Origin: an uncultured Chlamydiae bacterium
GTDB taxonomy: Bacteria > Chlamydiota > Chlamydiia > Chlamydiales > Parachlamydiaceae
NCBI GenBank assembly: GCA_963754655.1
Contig: CAVWGN010000001.1
Location: 800,001 to 864,000 of the forward strand
Length of the DNA stretch: 64,000 nt
Reading direction: 5' to 3'
A program made the translations under genes and the position numbers. Positions 29,266 through 39,263 of this stretch are shown one piece after another; position 1 is the first letter of the stretch; each line of letters opens with the position of its first letter. The notes beneath the pieces were generated by a model. The model searched no databases, was not told the origin of the DNA, and saw nothing but the letters and a program-made list of their open reading frames with translations.

Positions 29266-30324
29266 TTAAAATATCCAAAACTTGCCAAAAGACAAAGTCA
29301 GGACCCAGCTCATTAGCAAAAAGATTTTGATCCATTTAAGAATGCTTGATTCTCTTTGATTAGACAATAAAATAAGGGCTTGCAAGCGTTTAACGGCATG
29401 ATGTGAAGTTGCAAAGGATCGGGCGAAAGTGGGAAGGGAAGCCGTATGTAGCCAGTCAGCTGCTTTGTAAAGTGCTTCGGCCAAATGCAAGTGATTGAGA
29501 GAGGTACCAGGCAGTCGATCGCATGCATATTCCTGAGCAAACTCTAATCGGGTCTTAAAATAGCGGGTTGGAATCCACCAAAAAAGATGACAAATCCCAA
29601 ATAAAACTGCATTGACTATAAGGTCTCCATGCATCAAATGAGCGAGTTCATGTGCAATGATAGCCTCAAATTCTTGTGGGATGAGTTTGTCAAATAGAGC
29701 GCGAGAAATGAAAATGGCTGGACGGCGCTGTCCGATGATGAAAGGGGAGTGAGGTATGGGGGTCAAATAGATGGCTACTTTTTTGTGTTGAATTCTCGAT
29801 TGCAAAAGGGAATCTTGTAGCGGATAAGAGTAGGGGGTAGAAATGGAGCACAGTTTGTTGAGCCATTGAGAAGATAAGCGATATTGCCAAATTGCCTGTC
29901 CTAAAAACCAAAGTGTTCCGGCAATCAAACCTAAAGCGCAAATTAAGGTCCACTGGCAGCCTATTTTGAGGCAAAGAAGATCCGCAAGAGTAAAGGTTTG
30001 TCCGTGAGAAAGATGAAGATCGATCGAAGAGAGAGGATACTGGAAGGGAAACAACCAGAAGTTCAGACTCAACATGCGCGTCCCCTCAGGACTGGTCAGA
30101 GGATTGAGCTGTTGAGCAAGAGCCCAATTGGAAAATTCATAGGAGCCCAAGTCGGTGATCAACTTCATAAATGGAATTAATAAGCAGAGCGCCTGAAGAC
30201 GGCCATTTTGGATGCGTAAAAGCTTCAAAGCAAAGTAAGTCAAAAAGCTTAAAGTGAAAAACGAGAGTAGGCTATTGACTCCTACATTGACAATGAAAAT
30301 CGGCCATAATGAAAATTCCATCAT
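29266..30324 (-). CDS. M56-family membrane metallopeptidase (BlaR1-like, no sensor domain)
   Basis: Multiple TM segments, AHELAH, LFWWIP, QEYACD; adjacent to blaI. Confidence 0.9.
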   Translation of the reverse strand: MMEFSLWPIFIVNVGVNSLLSFFTLSFLTYFALKLLRIQNGRLQALCLLIPFMKLITDLGSYEFSNWALAQQLNPLTSPEGTRMLSLNFWLFPFQYPLSSIDLHLSHGQTFTLADLLCLKIGCQWTLICALGLIAGTLWFLGQAIWQYRLSSQWLNKLCSISTPYSYPLQDSLLQSRIQHKKVAIYLTPIPHSPFIIGQRRPAIFISRALFDKLIPQEFEAIIAHELAHLMHGDLIVNAVLFGICHLFWWIPTRYFKTRLEFAQEYACDRLPGTSLNHLHLAEALYKAADWLHTASLPTFARSFATSHHAVKRLQALILLSNQRESSILKWIKIFLLMSWVLTLSFGKFWIF

Positions 30325-30701
30325 TTCATCTCGTTCTTAGCTTTTTGAAGAATGTTTTTCATCTCTTCTAAATCTTGCATTGTTAAATCCTTGCTTGAAT
30401 CGATCAAATAGCGAATCATGGCAATAGAGCGTCCCCCAAAGAGGCGTTGCTTAAGTCGCTCAACAAGTCCAAGCGCAGAAGTTTTTGATGTTTGGGGAAG
30501 TTGATAAAGATAGTGACGTCCTTCCCGCCGGCGCTCTAAATCTCCTTTTTCAAACAGCCGTGTCATTACAGTCATGACCGTCGTATAAACAACAGTTTGA
30601 TTCAAAGCTTGATAAATTTCTTTGACTGAGACCTCTTCTTTTTCCTTGATCAGCTGGAGAATAATCCACTCCAATTCGCCAAATAATCGTTTCTTTGACA
30701 C
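30321..30701 (-). CDS. blaI: BlaI/MecI/CopY-family repressor
   Basis: GELEWIIL, YTTVMTVMTRLFEKG, GRHYLY, FGG; ATGA overlap with the M56 gene. Confidence 0.92.
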   Translation of the reverse strand: MSKKRLFGELEWIILQLIKEKEEVSVKEIYQALNQTVVYTTVMTVMTRLFEKGDLERRREGRHYLYQLPQTSKTSALGLVERLKQRLFGGRSIAMIRYLIDSSKDLTMQDLEEMKNILQKAKNEMK

Positions 30702-30726
30702 TGCATAACTCCCTTTCTTTTTTTTA

Positions 30727-30742
30727 TACTACAGTCGTAGTA
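30727..30742. promoter_or_regulatory. BlaI autoregulatory operator
   Basis: TACTACAGTCGTAGTA 26 bp upstream of the blaI start; matches 29227-29242. Confidence 0.8.
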
Positions 30743-30793
30743 TCTAGTCAAGCTTGAACCGTCCTAATATAAAGAACTAGTGTAATGGAGTTA

Positions 30794-31432
30794 CCAGTAC
30801 TCCATTACACTAGTTTTTGCCTATTGGGAGCGCTTGAAAAGCTCCCGCGGTTGAATTGGGATGAGATGATTCTCTTGTAGTCCTTCAGACTACATGACGA
30901 GGGCTAATCTAACCCAGGGCCAGGTGTTCATTTTGTGCAAAAATGAGCTTTATTTTTCACAATAATTGGCATAGTTGAATTGAAGGTCGCATGTTTATGC
31001 CGTCTTTTCAGGACTCGATGTCTTTTTGATAGAACCCAGGCCTCCGCTTCGCTTCGACCTGGGCTGTAACATGACGGCCCTTCAGGCCTTAACAAGAGAT
31101 GTTTAAGCCCCTCTTCTATAGTCTCTAAATAGTTTTTTGTTAAGGCCTGAAGGGCCGGCCCTTCAGGCCTTAACAAGAGATGTTTAAGTCCCTCTTCTAT
31201 AGTCCCTAAATCATCTTTTTGTTAGGCCTGAAGGGCCGTCATGTTACAGCCCAGGTCGCAGCGAAGCGGAGGCCTGGGTTCTATCAAAAAGACATCGAGT
31301 CCTGAAAGGACGGCATAAACATGCGACCTTCAATTCAACTATGCCAATTGCTCATTTTTGCACAAAATGAACACCCTAGCCCGGGCTTTGAAGCACTCCC
31401 AATAGGCTAAAATTAATGTAATGAATTACTAA
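30794..31432. mobile_element. Diverged element A with element B (30923-31376) nested in its right arm
   Basis: AGTACTCCATTACACTAGTTTTTGCCTATTGGGAG...CTCCCAATAGGCTAAAATTAATGTAATGAATTACT; B copy has a tandemly duplicated central unit. Confidence 0.85.
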
Positions 31433-31446
31433 ACTCACCTAAAAAT

Positions 31447-32499
31447 TTATTGATATTGTTTTACATGTTCTTCAAAAGACCAACTTAACAAATTCAAGAG
31501 GATCACAGCTGATACAACGCGTGTAAAGCGCGGACCAAATCCCTTATAAGGTTCAGCCAATAGATGATGGAATAATTCACCTAGCGCTTGATCAACACGA
31601 CCCGTTTGATGGCTAGTTTGCAAGCTATTTTTCATTATTGTGCGAATTCCTTGAGGCCAAAATACTGTCTTCATTCCTCCTTGGCACTGCGTTTTCCATG
31701 TATCAAAAGGCTGCGTCAGAGTTGCTCCCAGTGCTCCAGCAAAGGCACTTCCTACAATGGTTGCTATCAAATTCAAAGGGATAATCTGCTGTTGAGAGGC
31801 AATGAATTTAAAAGAATCATTTTTTTGTAGGCAAGCTGCAAAATAAGGTCCTCCTGCTGCATAAGATGCTGTAAATGGCATTTCTCGCAATATAGTTGGA
31901 ATTAACCCTAATGTTAATGTTCGCCGACCATATTGCTGCCACAATTCAGTTGTCGCTTTCCAGTAGGTTGGGCGAATTCCCTTTTTGGCTTGTTCTTCAT
32001 AACGCCTTACATTTTCGCGTTGTTTATCCATGAGCATTTCGCTCCAACTAGCAATGGGAGCTGCTACCAATCCTCCAACTATGGAAGCAAATAATTTTTC
32101 TAAGTCAGAAAGGGATTCAGGATTTCTTCCGTGAGCCAACTTTTGCTTTGTCCAGCCGATCGCCCCCATTTGCACCCCAATGATGATGCTCATTCCTGTT
32201 CCATTCACTAAAGCTCCCCCATATAACTGGCGTAAGCTCAAAGATTTCCAAATCGAAGGTGCATGTTGGGATTTATTTTGAACGGTACGCATGCGCTTTT
32301 GCAAAATATTTTTAAATGTGACAAGGGGTTGATCAACTGCAACTTCAATTGCTCCTGAAAATATGCCCTTAATTACGTCTTTATAAGGGCTAGAAGCCAA
32401 AGAGGTCATTGCTCCATGTAGGAAAGATCCTTTTTCAAAAAACGGATTCAAGGCTAAAGAATTGTCCTTTGGCTTAACGGGAGGGATAGACATCGTCAT
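31447..32499 (-). CDS. Mitochondrial carrier family (MCF/SLC25)-like protein
   Basis: Three repeats: QPLVTFK...LYGG, SWSEMLMDKQR...LGLIPTILRE, QPFDTWKT...YKGFGPRFTR. Confidence 0.85.
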   Translation of the reverse strand: MTMSIPPVKPKDNSLALNPFFEKGSFLHGAMTSLASSPYKDVIKGIFSGAIEVAVDQPLVTFKNILQKRMRTVQNKSQHAPSIWKSLSLRQLYGGALVNGTGMSIIIGVQMGAIGWTKQKLAHGRNPESLSDLEKLFASIVGGLVAAPIASWSEMLMDKQRENVRRYEEQAKKGIRPTYWKATTELWQQYGRRTLTLGLIPTILREMPFTASYAAGGPYFAACLQKNDSFKFIASQQQIIPLNLIATIVGSAFAGALGATLTQPFDTWKTQCQGGMKTVFWPQGIRTIMKNSLQTSHQTGRVDQALGELFHHLLAEPYKGFGPRFTRVVSAVILLNLLSWSFEEHVKQYQ

Positions 32500-33008
32500 T
32501 CTCCAAAATGTAAATGATTTTCTGTAATACCTAACATCTATAAATAATTAAAGTCAATTAATAAGAATGAAAAATAGTGTCATTTAAAAAATCAAAATTT
32601 TAAGGAACAAACTATTGATATTGATTAAAGAAAAAGAAGAATTTAAATAGACAAAATAATGACGACAAAAATAAGAGAGGAAAGAAGAAGGACAGCAAAA
32701 GAAAAAGGAGCCATAACCGAACAGGAACTAGAATGCCAAGCACTTGGTGGCTTAGTTGGATTTAAAGGATTGTATCGCATCGCTTACCTAAAAGGGATTA
32801 TTTAAAACTTTGTCAGAACCTGTTTTTATTAGCTTTTGCTAACAAATTTGACATTAATTCTAATTGCATCCGTTTGTATTGTCAAGAAAAATGAAAAAAA
32901 ACTTCTCTTAATTTATTAGAAGTGATAAACTCTCAAATTTAAAATCTTTAAATAGATCTTAATATTTAGATTTATTAAATAGATAAATTACTTTGAGTTG
33001 AGGTATAA

Positions 33009-34418
33009 ATGAAAGAGTTGTTATTCGATTATATAAATTCTGATCCAATGAATGAACTTCAATCGGCTTGGGAAAGAATACCTTCTGATAAATATGCAAA
33101 ATTTGGTTCGTTAAAAGGGCGTAATGTTTGCGTCTGGAAGACATTATATCACACAGTGGCTATTCCCTTGAAGCCTATATGCTATATGGCAGTGGGCTTA
33201 ACTTGCTTAGTGGCACATGCTTGCTTTGCTGCCTTGGATTTCAAAATGAAATTGTCTTACAGTCGGTTCGGCACCCTTTTCATTGTAACTGGATTAGTTG
33301 CTCCTGTAGGACAGATCCTACAGCTTTTCAAAGCGGCCATGGGCATTCTTCATCCTGGATGTTATTTTAGGGAAAATGAATGCAGTGTCTATTTTACACA
33401 ACTTGTAAAGATTGCAGAAGAGGTCGCATGCGAACCAGAATTAATAGAAACTTTTCAGAAAGGCGCTTCTATTATAGAAATTTGTCTGCAGACTAGTGGC
33501 GCTTCTTCCTATTATGAAGCTCTTTTTAAACGTGATTTAGCGATCATATGTGAAAGATTGAGTGATCCCTCTCTTCCGCAAGAGGAAAAGCTAGGCATTC
33601 TCAATATGTTCGCTTCTTTGCCAAGCGATCCTAGAGAATCTGGAATTCAAGCTTGTGGTCCGGCCTTAGGAAGGTTACTAGAACAAATTTGCGGTTGCCT
33701 TGATATTCCTAAAGAACCGCAGAAAGTCTTACCATGGCTTGCAACACAGATCAAAGAAGAAATTTTGCATCATATTGTCATGCAGGAAGAATCTTTGGGC
33801 AAGCGCTTATGTATCATAGAGCTACCTGATCTTGCAAATTTGCCAAATTCTACTCCAAATCCTGAATTTGATATTGATATTGCTATTGATGCTGCTCATT
33901 TTGGCAATATCTTAATAGCCATGCTAGGAGAAAAAATTGGACTTCCGCAAGAGATGATCAACAGTGCTTTCCAAGATCCAATTGTCAAGGTTAGCGTTCT
34001 GCCTGAAAACGAACAACAAGAATTACTTGATCTATTCAATCAATCTTATACGAAAGACTTTCTTGAAAAATATTTGATGGAGCGCATCAATAGCCAGCCT
34101 GACGGCAGGCCCGGATTGAAAGATTTGCGCAACTACATGGTTCAAAAGTTATATGCACAAGTACCGGAAGAGAAAAGAGAATCTTCCAAAAAAGACGTGC
34201 AAGATAAATTTGACATAGGCGAAGCTTTAGCGGATGATCCCATTTTTTATATCAAACTTCATTATTTTCTTTATCCTGATGCAGATCCCTCTGATGAAAA
34301 AGCTTTTGATTTCAATATCGAAGGAATCAAAGCCTTTGCAGCTACTTTAGATCACAATCCTTTTGATTATTTTAATAGAGAGTCGGATTTAAACGAAGAT
34401 TCTGTTGCACCTTTCTAA
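33009..34418 (+). CDS. Hypothetical protein with N-terminal hydrophobic hairpin (candidate Inc/effector)
   Basis: 469-aa ORF; two hydrophobic stretches at about aa 50-110. Confidence 0.7.
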   Translation: MKELLFDYINSDPMNELQSAWERIPSDKYAKFGSLKGRNVCVWKTLYHTVAIPLKPICYMAVGLTCLVAHACFAALDFKMKLSYSRFGTLFIVTGLVAPVGQILQLFKAAMGILHPGCYFRENECSVYFTQLVKIAEEVACEPELIETFQKGASIIEICLQTSGASSYYEALFKRDLAIICERLSDPSLPQEEKLGILNMFASLPSDPRESGIQACGPALGRLLEQICGCLDIPKEPQKVLPWLATQIKEEILHHIVMQEESLGKRLCIIELPDLANLPNSTPNPEFDIDIAIDAAHFGNILIAMLGEKIGLPQEMINSAFQDPIVKVSVLPENEQQELLDLFNQSYTKDFLEKYLMERINSQPDGRPGLKDLRNYMVQKLYAQVPEEKRESSKKDVQDKFDIGEALADDPIFYIKLHYFLYPDADPSDEKAFDFNIEGIKAFAATLDHNPFDYFNRESDLNEDSVAPF

Positions 34419-34509
34419 TGGCCTAAATTCGAATTGTGGGATAGATTTTTTGTTTCCGCGGAATTAAAAAGCTTTATTTTTTTATTAAGCTTTCAATACC
34501 TTTAACAGA

Positions 34510-35460
34510 TTGGTGACCATGCGAATTGATGACTCTAATTTTATGGATAATTATATTAATCCAGACGTGTATCCTTTGACTCATATCACTTGTCAATTCA
34601 CAATAGAATATATAAAAATTGTTGCAGCCAAGATCTTCTTGGAACTTTTAAGTCAGCACTATTTAAGCCATTCTTCAAAAGTAACCTCACAAGCGGTTTA
34701 TCAGGCTGTGATTTTAGCTCCCCTTAGAGAAGAAATAGTATTTCGTGGGATTATATTGAGAATCATCCACTGGATGCAGAATAGCTTAAATCAATTTGAG
34801 GATAAGGATCTGAATATAGAAGAAGGAAAGCAAAGTCAACCAAGCTTTTGTATTCGCCTTCGTTCTCATTTCTTTGACGATTCAGCAGCTCAAGATGCAG
34901 ATTCAGAGACTTTTATTATTGACCTTTATCCTCCTGTTTTCGGAGAGATCTTTTGCCAAGCTGTCTTACAAGCCATTTATTGGCCGCAAAAGAAATGGAA
35001 CCAATATTGGGGAAGTGAATTATCGGCGAAAGAAGAAAAAGCTCAACTTCAACAAATCTTCCGTATTCATTTGGCGGCTTTTATTTTTGCAGCAGCCCAT
35101 CTTTCGAATACTCATTCCAATAAGGCAATCGCCCTGACGCAGTTGGTTTGGTCTTATATGGGAGGGGTAATCTATGGCTATTTAAGCGAAAAATATCATT
35201 CCTTAGCTCCTAGCATTTTGGCACATGGCTTCAATAATGCCATTGCAACTAGTATGAGAGTTTATCCAGAGCGGGTTTCGCATCTTTTATTAGCTCTATT
35301 CGCCAACCGATTAGGTTCTTATCTTTTAGGAAATACTTCCGTTGATAAAACAATTATGTCAGGAGTTGCCCAGGCTTATGAGTGTTGTGTTTCTCTTCCA
35401 GAAAGGGTCGTTCAGTGGTATCGAGGAAATTCAGCTGCCGAGGAAGTGCAAGTCATTTAA
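34510..35460 (+). CDS. CPBP (CAAX protease/Abi) family intramembrane metalloprotease
   Basis: APLREEIVFRG, FIFAAAH, AHGFNN. Confidence 0.82.
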   Translation: MVTMRIDDSNFMDNYINPDVYPLTHITCQFTIEYIKIVAAKIFLELLSQHYLSHSSKVTSQAVYQAVILAPLREEIVFRGIILRIIHWMQNSLNQFEDKDLNIEEGKQSQPSFCIRLRSHFFDDSAAQDADSETFIIDLYPPVFGEIFCQAVLQAIYWPQKKWNQYWGSELSAKEEKAQLQQIFRIHLAAFIFAAAHLSNTHSNKAIALTQLVWSYMGGVIYGYLSEKYHSLAPSILAHGFNNAIATSMRVYPERVSHLLLALFANRLGSYLLGNTSVDKTIMSGVAQAYECCVSLPERVVQWYRGNSAAEEVQVI

Positions 35461-35515
35461 TTTTTCAAAAGATTGTGTCACCCATCGATCATTTCTTTCC
35501 ATCATCAGGCTTCTT

Positions 35516-36262
35516 TTAAGATGAGGGAATGTAAACAAATTCAGCACTCATGAATTCTGCATTTTTATTGCTGGATCCTAGAGTCTTAAGATAAAGAGTC
35601 TTGTCGTGTTGAGGCTGTGTGCTAATGGAGGCATTGACTTGAATCGGAATGTCGTCAAATACATTTTGATGAGCGAGCACAAATACTGTGTAAATCCCTG
35701 TTTGAGCTGGAGAGGAAATGACTAAACTTTGAGGGGAATGACTGGTTGTCATTGGAAAGCCTTGGTAGATTGTCCCATCGGGTCTGACAACAATGGGAGT
35801 CAAAGGGGCTTGAGATTCATTCTGACAATGAAAGGTAAAGGTCAAGGAGGCTGGTCCCATTAAAGGAGCGGGAAAAACACCTGGCTGGTCTTTTAAACTT
35901 AGGGGTTTCGCAATGGTATGAGGACCTAAAAAACCTAATGCAGATACAGGGGAGTGGCTATAAAAACGATGACGATGTCCTTTGTGTATTGAGCCTAGGC
36001 TGCCTTCAACCAAAGACCCTGTTGTCGAGGCACCTAAAGTGGCCACTTCATGCGTGGGTTTGGAAGTAAGAAAAGATTCTTTTTGAGAAGAATAGGGCAC
36101 AGGTTCTTGTGCTAATAAACTAGAACTATAACCTAGACCAATAAGAAAGCACAGCGTGAGATTTAGAATTAAAAGTCTTTGCCTCTTCATTATGCATTTC
36201 CCATCAAAATCATTTAGCTTAGCTGAGTTTTTGACTCTATTTTCATTAGCATTTTCGGACAT
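35516..36262 (-). CDS. Exported hypothetical protein
   Basis: Signal peptide MKRQRLLILNLTLCFLIGLG, so the true start is probably ATG 36190. Confidence 0.7.
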   Translation of the reverse strand: MSENANENRVKNSAKLNDFDGKCIMKRQRLLILNLTLCFLIGLGYSSSLLAQEPVPYSSQKESFLTSKPTHEVATLGASTTGSLVEGSLGSIHKGHRHRFYSHSPVSALGFLGPHTIAKPLSLKDQPGVFPAPLMGPASLTFTFHCQNESQAPLTPIVVRPDGTIYQGFPMTTSHSPQSLVISSPAQTGIYTVFVLAHQNVFDDIPIQVNASISTQPQHDKTLYLKTLGSSNKNAEFMSAEFVYIPSS

Positions 36263-36278
36263 GCCTTAAGTTTTAAAG

Positions 36279-37487
36279 TTACCTTAAGCGCGTCTTTTTG
36301 GCACCCTCTTTTTGAGTGTTTTTGGCTTTTGAGGTGTTCTTTAATTCTTTTTCTCTTGGCATAATACGTTTAGCTTTGGGCTTTGTCGCTTTAGTTAAAG
36401 AGGAGGGAGTAGGAGTTGATTTAATTGGATTTTTGCTTTTTCCCTTTAATGGGGCATTGGCTTTCGAAGTTGATTTCTTCTTGGAAGGCTTGACAATATT
36501 TTCTTTTACATCTTCTTCTTCAAAATCTTCGTCGAAGTCCTCTTCCTCACCTTCCTCATCTTCCTCACCAAAGTGATCTTTAATTTTCTCTTTGGGAACC
36601 GGGTCAGAGCTGTCGACCCAACGGGTAGAAAGGGCCCTCAAAGAAGCAAGTTTTTGGTTTAAAGAGACTTCCGTATCACTAAATTGCTGGCGCCGGGCGC
36701 TTAACAAATCTTCTCCTGTATCAAATTTAGAGGAGAACACCGAGAAGGCAGAAGTAGAGTTTATTTCGGGTGTAAATAAAAACGGATGTACAGAGGGGGG
36801 AACAGTGGTATAAATATCCAAAGTGACTTGCGGTTCAATATCTGGCTTAGCGGCTTGTTTGGGAGGTCTTCCACGTTTGGGCCGTGGATTTAAAGCTTCA
36901 TTGGAATAATAAGTTTTAGCTTTAGTAACCAAAGCTTTGCGGGCATTTTGAACATCTTTACCCACTTTAGATTGAAAAAGCATCTGTTTGAGTTTTTCAA
37001 TCAACTGACGAGGTAAATCTAAATCTTCTTCAAAAACAAAATGGAAGTGATTTTGGCGCAACCATTCAATAATGCGGATGCGAGAGCGTTCTTGGTAAAA
37101 CTGCTGCCATTTTTCTTGTTCGGCATGGTGATCATAGATGAATTCTAAAAAATTCTCTCTCGCTTCCTTGGATTGAATGATGTCGAGAAGCTTTTCTTTT
37201 GTGTCGATATCATATACTTTTTCATTGACAAATCCTTCCATGATTTTTTTTGTTTCATAAAAGGAAAGTTTTGGGATGGAGCAATAGCGGTCTGCATTTT
37301 GAGTTAATTCTTCGTCTAAAGCTTCTAACTCATTTTGAGGCTTATCTAGATCCACGTAAATGAGAAAGCCTTCTAAACGATCAATATAAAAATCTCTTTC
37401 ATCATCTGATTTAGCAAAGGCTTCCATTAAGCGATGGCAGCGTAAAATAAGAGGGTTTTGCGCTTCTTGTTTAATCTTCGCACACAT
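36279..37487 (-). CDS. UPF0158-family chlamydial protein
   Basis: RLMEAFAKSDDERDFY, EALNPRPKRGRPPKQ; synteny with dapF-clpP-glyA. Confidence 0.85.
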   Translation of the reverse strand: MCAKIKQEAQNPLILRCHRLMEAFAKSDDERDFYIDRLEGFLIYVDLDKPQNELEALDEELTQNADRYCSIPKLSFYETKKIMEGFVNEKVYDIDTKEKLLDIIQSKEARENFLEFIYDHHAEQEKWQQFYQERSRIRIIEWLRQNHFHFVFEEDLDLPRQLIEKLKQMLFQSKVGKDVQNARKALVTKAKTYYSNEALNPRPKRGRPPKQAAKPDIEPQVTLDIYTTVPPSVHPFLFTPEINSTSAFSVFSSKFDTGEDLLSARRQQFSDTEVSLNQKLASLRALSTRWVDSSDPVPKEKIKDHFGEEDEEGEEEDFDEDFEEEDVKENIVKPSKKKSTSKANAPLKGKSKNPIKSTPTPSSLTKATKPKAKRIMPREKELKNTSKAKNTQKEGAKKTRLR

Positions 37488-37627
37488 GTCTTGTTTGTAT
37501 CCTTGAATCGCTGTTTATTGACACTTTACGGGCTTGAAAAATGGGGGATATGGGCAGCCAAAAGACAGATTTTCAAGACGAAGAGTGTAAATTTAAGATT
37601 GTACTGAATTGACCGAGTTACAAGCAA

Positions 37628-38500
37628 TCAAAAAGAAGAATTAGCAGATGTCAGAATTGCCATTGCCTTGTTTTCCTGTGCGCGAGGATGATAGAAGGGA
37701 AGCTCAATTTCTCCTTGAAAGGTGCATTCTGCTGAACCCGTCAAGGTCACATTTGAAAATTTTAGGCCTTCAATAGTAAATCCAATGCTTAATGTCTCTC
37801 CTGAGCGTGTTTCAACGAGTACTGGACTAGGCCAACGGTAGAGACGGGCAGCAGCTAAAGCAGCAGCTGTTGCACCTGTTCCGCAGGCAAGAGTCTCTCC
37901 TTCAATCCCTCGTTCATAAGTGCGAATTTTAATTTTCCCCTGTTCAGTTTGTTGAGCCATTGTGACATTTGTCCCGGTAGGCATCCATAATGAGTAATTG
38001 CGAAGGTAAGAGCCTAATTTTTTAAGATTTATTTCTTCAATATTCTCAACAAATAACACCGCATGGGGGACACCAGTATGGATATAATGGATAGAAAGGA
38101 ATTGATTTTCAAAACGTAAAGGAATGTTCCATTGAATATTGCGAGGAGATCCCATTTCAATGCAAATAGCATCGCCGGTTTGTGTGGCGGTTAATAAGTT
38201 CTGCATGATTTCAATGCGATAAGGCTGGTTTTGAATTCCCATGCTGGCTAGCCATTTGACAAAGCAGCGCAAACCATTGCCACACATTTCAGCTTCACTG
38301 CCGTCTGAATTGAAGACGCGCATGCGAAAATCAGCTTGGGTAGAGTGTTCTAACAAGAGTAATCCATCTGCGCCAATGCCCCATTGGCGTTGGCAGAGAC
38401 GTTGAATGACTGATTGCAAAATAGGGAAAGTGCCTGTGCGGTTATCGAATAGAATAAAATCATTTCCACTTCCAACATATTTAGCAAAAAACCAATGCAT
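37628..38500 (-). CDS. dapF: Diaminopimelate epimerase
   Basis: GSGNDF, GIGADG, NSDGSEAEMCGNG, TYERG, ETLACGTGA. Confidence 0.96.
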   Translation of the reverse strand: MHWFFAKYVGSGNDFILFDNRTGTFPILQSVIQRLCQRQWGIGADGLLLLEHSTQADFRMRVFNSDGSEAEMCGNGLRCFVKWLASMGIQNQPYRIEIMQNLLTATQTGDAICIEMGSPRNIQWNIPLRFENQFLSIHYIHTGVPHAVLFVENIEEINLKKLGSYLRNYSLWMPTGTNVTMAQQTEQGKIKIRTYERGIEGETLACGTGATAAALAAARLYRWPSPVLVETRSGETLSIGFTIEGLKFSNVTLTGSAECTFQGEIELPFYHPRAQENKAMAILTSANSSF

Positions 38501-38571
38501 GGAGACAAACCTTCATTCTAAAATGAGTCCCTTCTAGGGAAAATATTCTCAATTGGAAAGGCATGCTAAAT

Positions 38572-39180
38572 TTACTTTGTGCTCAAGTCCTCAAAGGAAT
38601 TAATGACGCGATCTAAAAGTCCAAACTCGAGCGCTTCTTGAGCTGTCATCCAAGTATCGCGGTCAATGGCTTTTTCAATAGTAGCAAAATCTTTTCCAGT
38701 TGCTTCTACGTAAAGTTCAATAAGGCCATTGCGTGTTTTGATCATTTCACGTGCTTGAATCTCCAGATCTGTCGCTTGCCCCTTAATGACCCCAGATAAT
38801 AGAGGCTGGTGGATCATAATACGCGAGTGAGGCGTCGCAAAGCGACGGCCAGGGGAGGCACATAGACTTAAAATGGATCCCATTGAGGCTGCTAACCCTG
38901 TCACTAGCGTTGTCACAGGCGAAGAAATCATTTTCAGTTGATCCCAGATGGCAAAACCTGAATCAACCGCTCCGCCTGGACTATTGATAACAAAAAGAAT
39001 GGGTTTACCGGGATTGGTCAACTCTAAGTACCAAACCTTGCGAATAAGTTCACTTGCTGAATCGCTATCAACAACATCTGAAATAAAAATGCGGCGGGCC
39101 TCTAATAAAGTATGTTCAATTCGATCGGCAACTTTAGAGGGAAGCGATTCTTTTTTTTCTTTATCATTTTTGGTGGGCAT
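38572..39180 (-). CDS. clpP: ATP-dependent Clp protease proteolytic subunit (ClpP1-type)
   Basis: [27 protein letters not shown]. Confidence 0.95.
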   Translation of the reverse strand: MPTKNDKEKKESLPSKVADRIEHTLLEARRIFISDVVDSDSASELIRKVWYLELTNPGKPILFVINSPGGAVDSGFAIWDQLKMISSPVTTLVTGLAASMGSILSLCASPGRRFATPHSRIMIHQPLLSGVIKGQATDLEIQAREMIKTRNGLIELYVEATGKDFATIEKAIDRDTWMTAQEALEFGLLDRVINSFEDLSTK

Positions 39181-39263
39181 GTTGATCTCCCAAAGTCTGT
39201 TTTTGTCCTATTGTATGCTTTTTTCTTTCGATTTTCAAGGGATAATTCAATCAAGAGATAAAA

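Noticed and set aside
36316..36813. Antisense ORFs within the UPF0158 gene, and similar short overlapping ORFs throughout the track
   Set aside because: Shadow frames of well-supported genes
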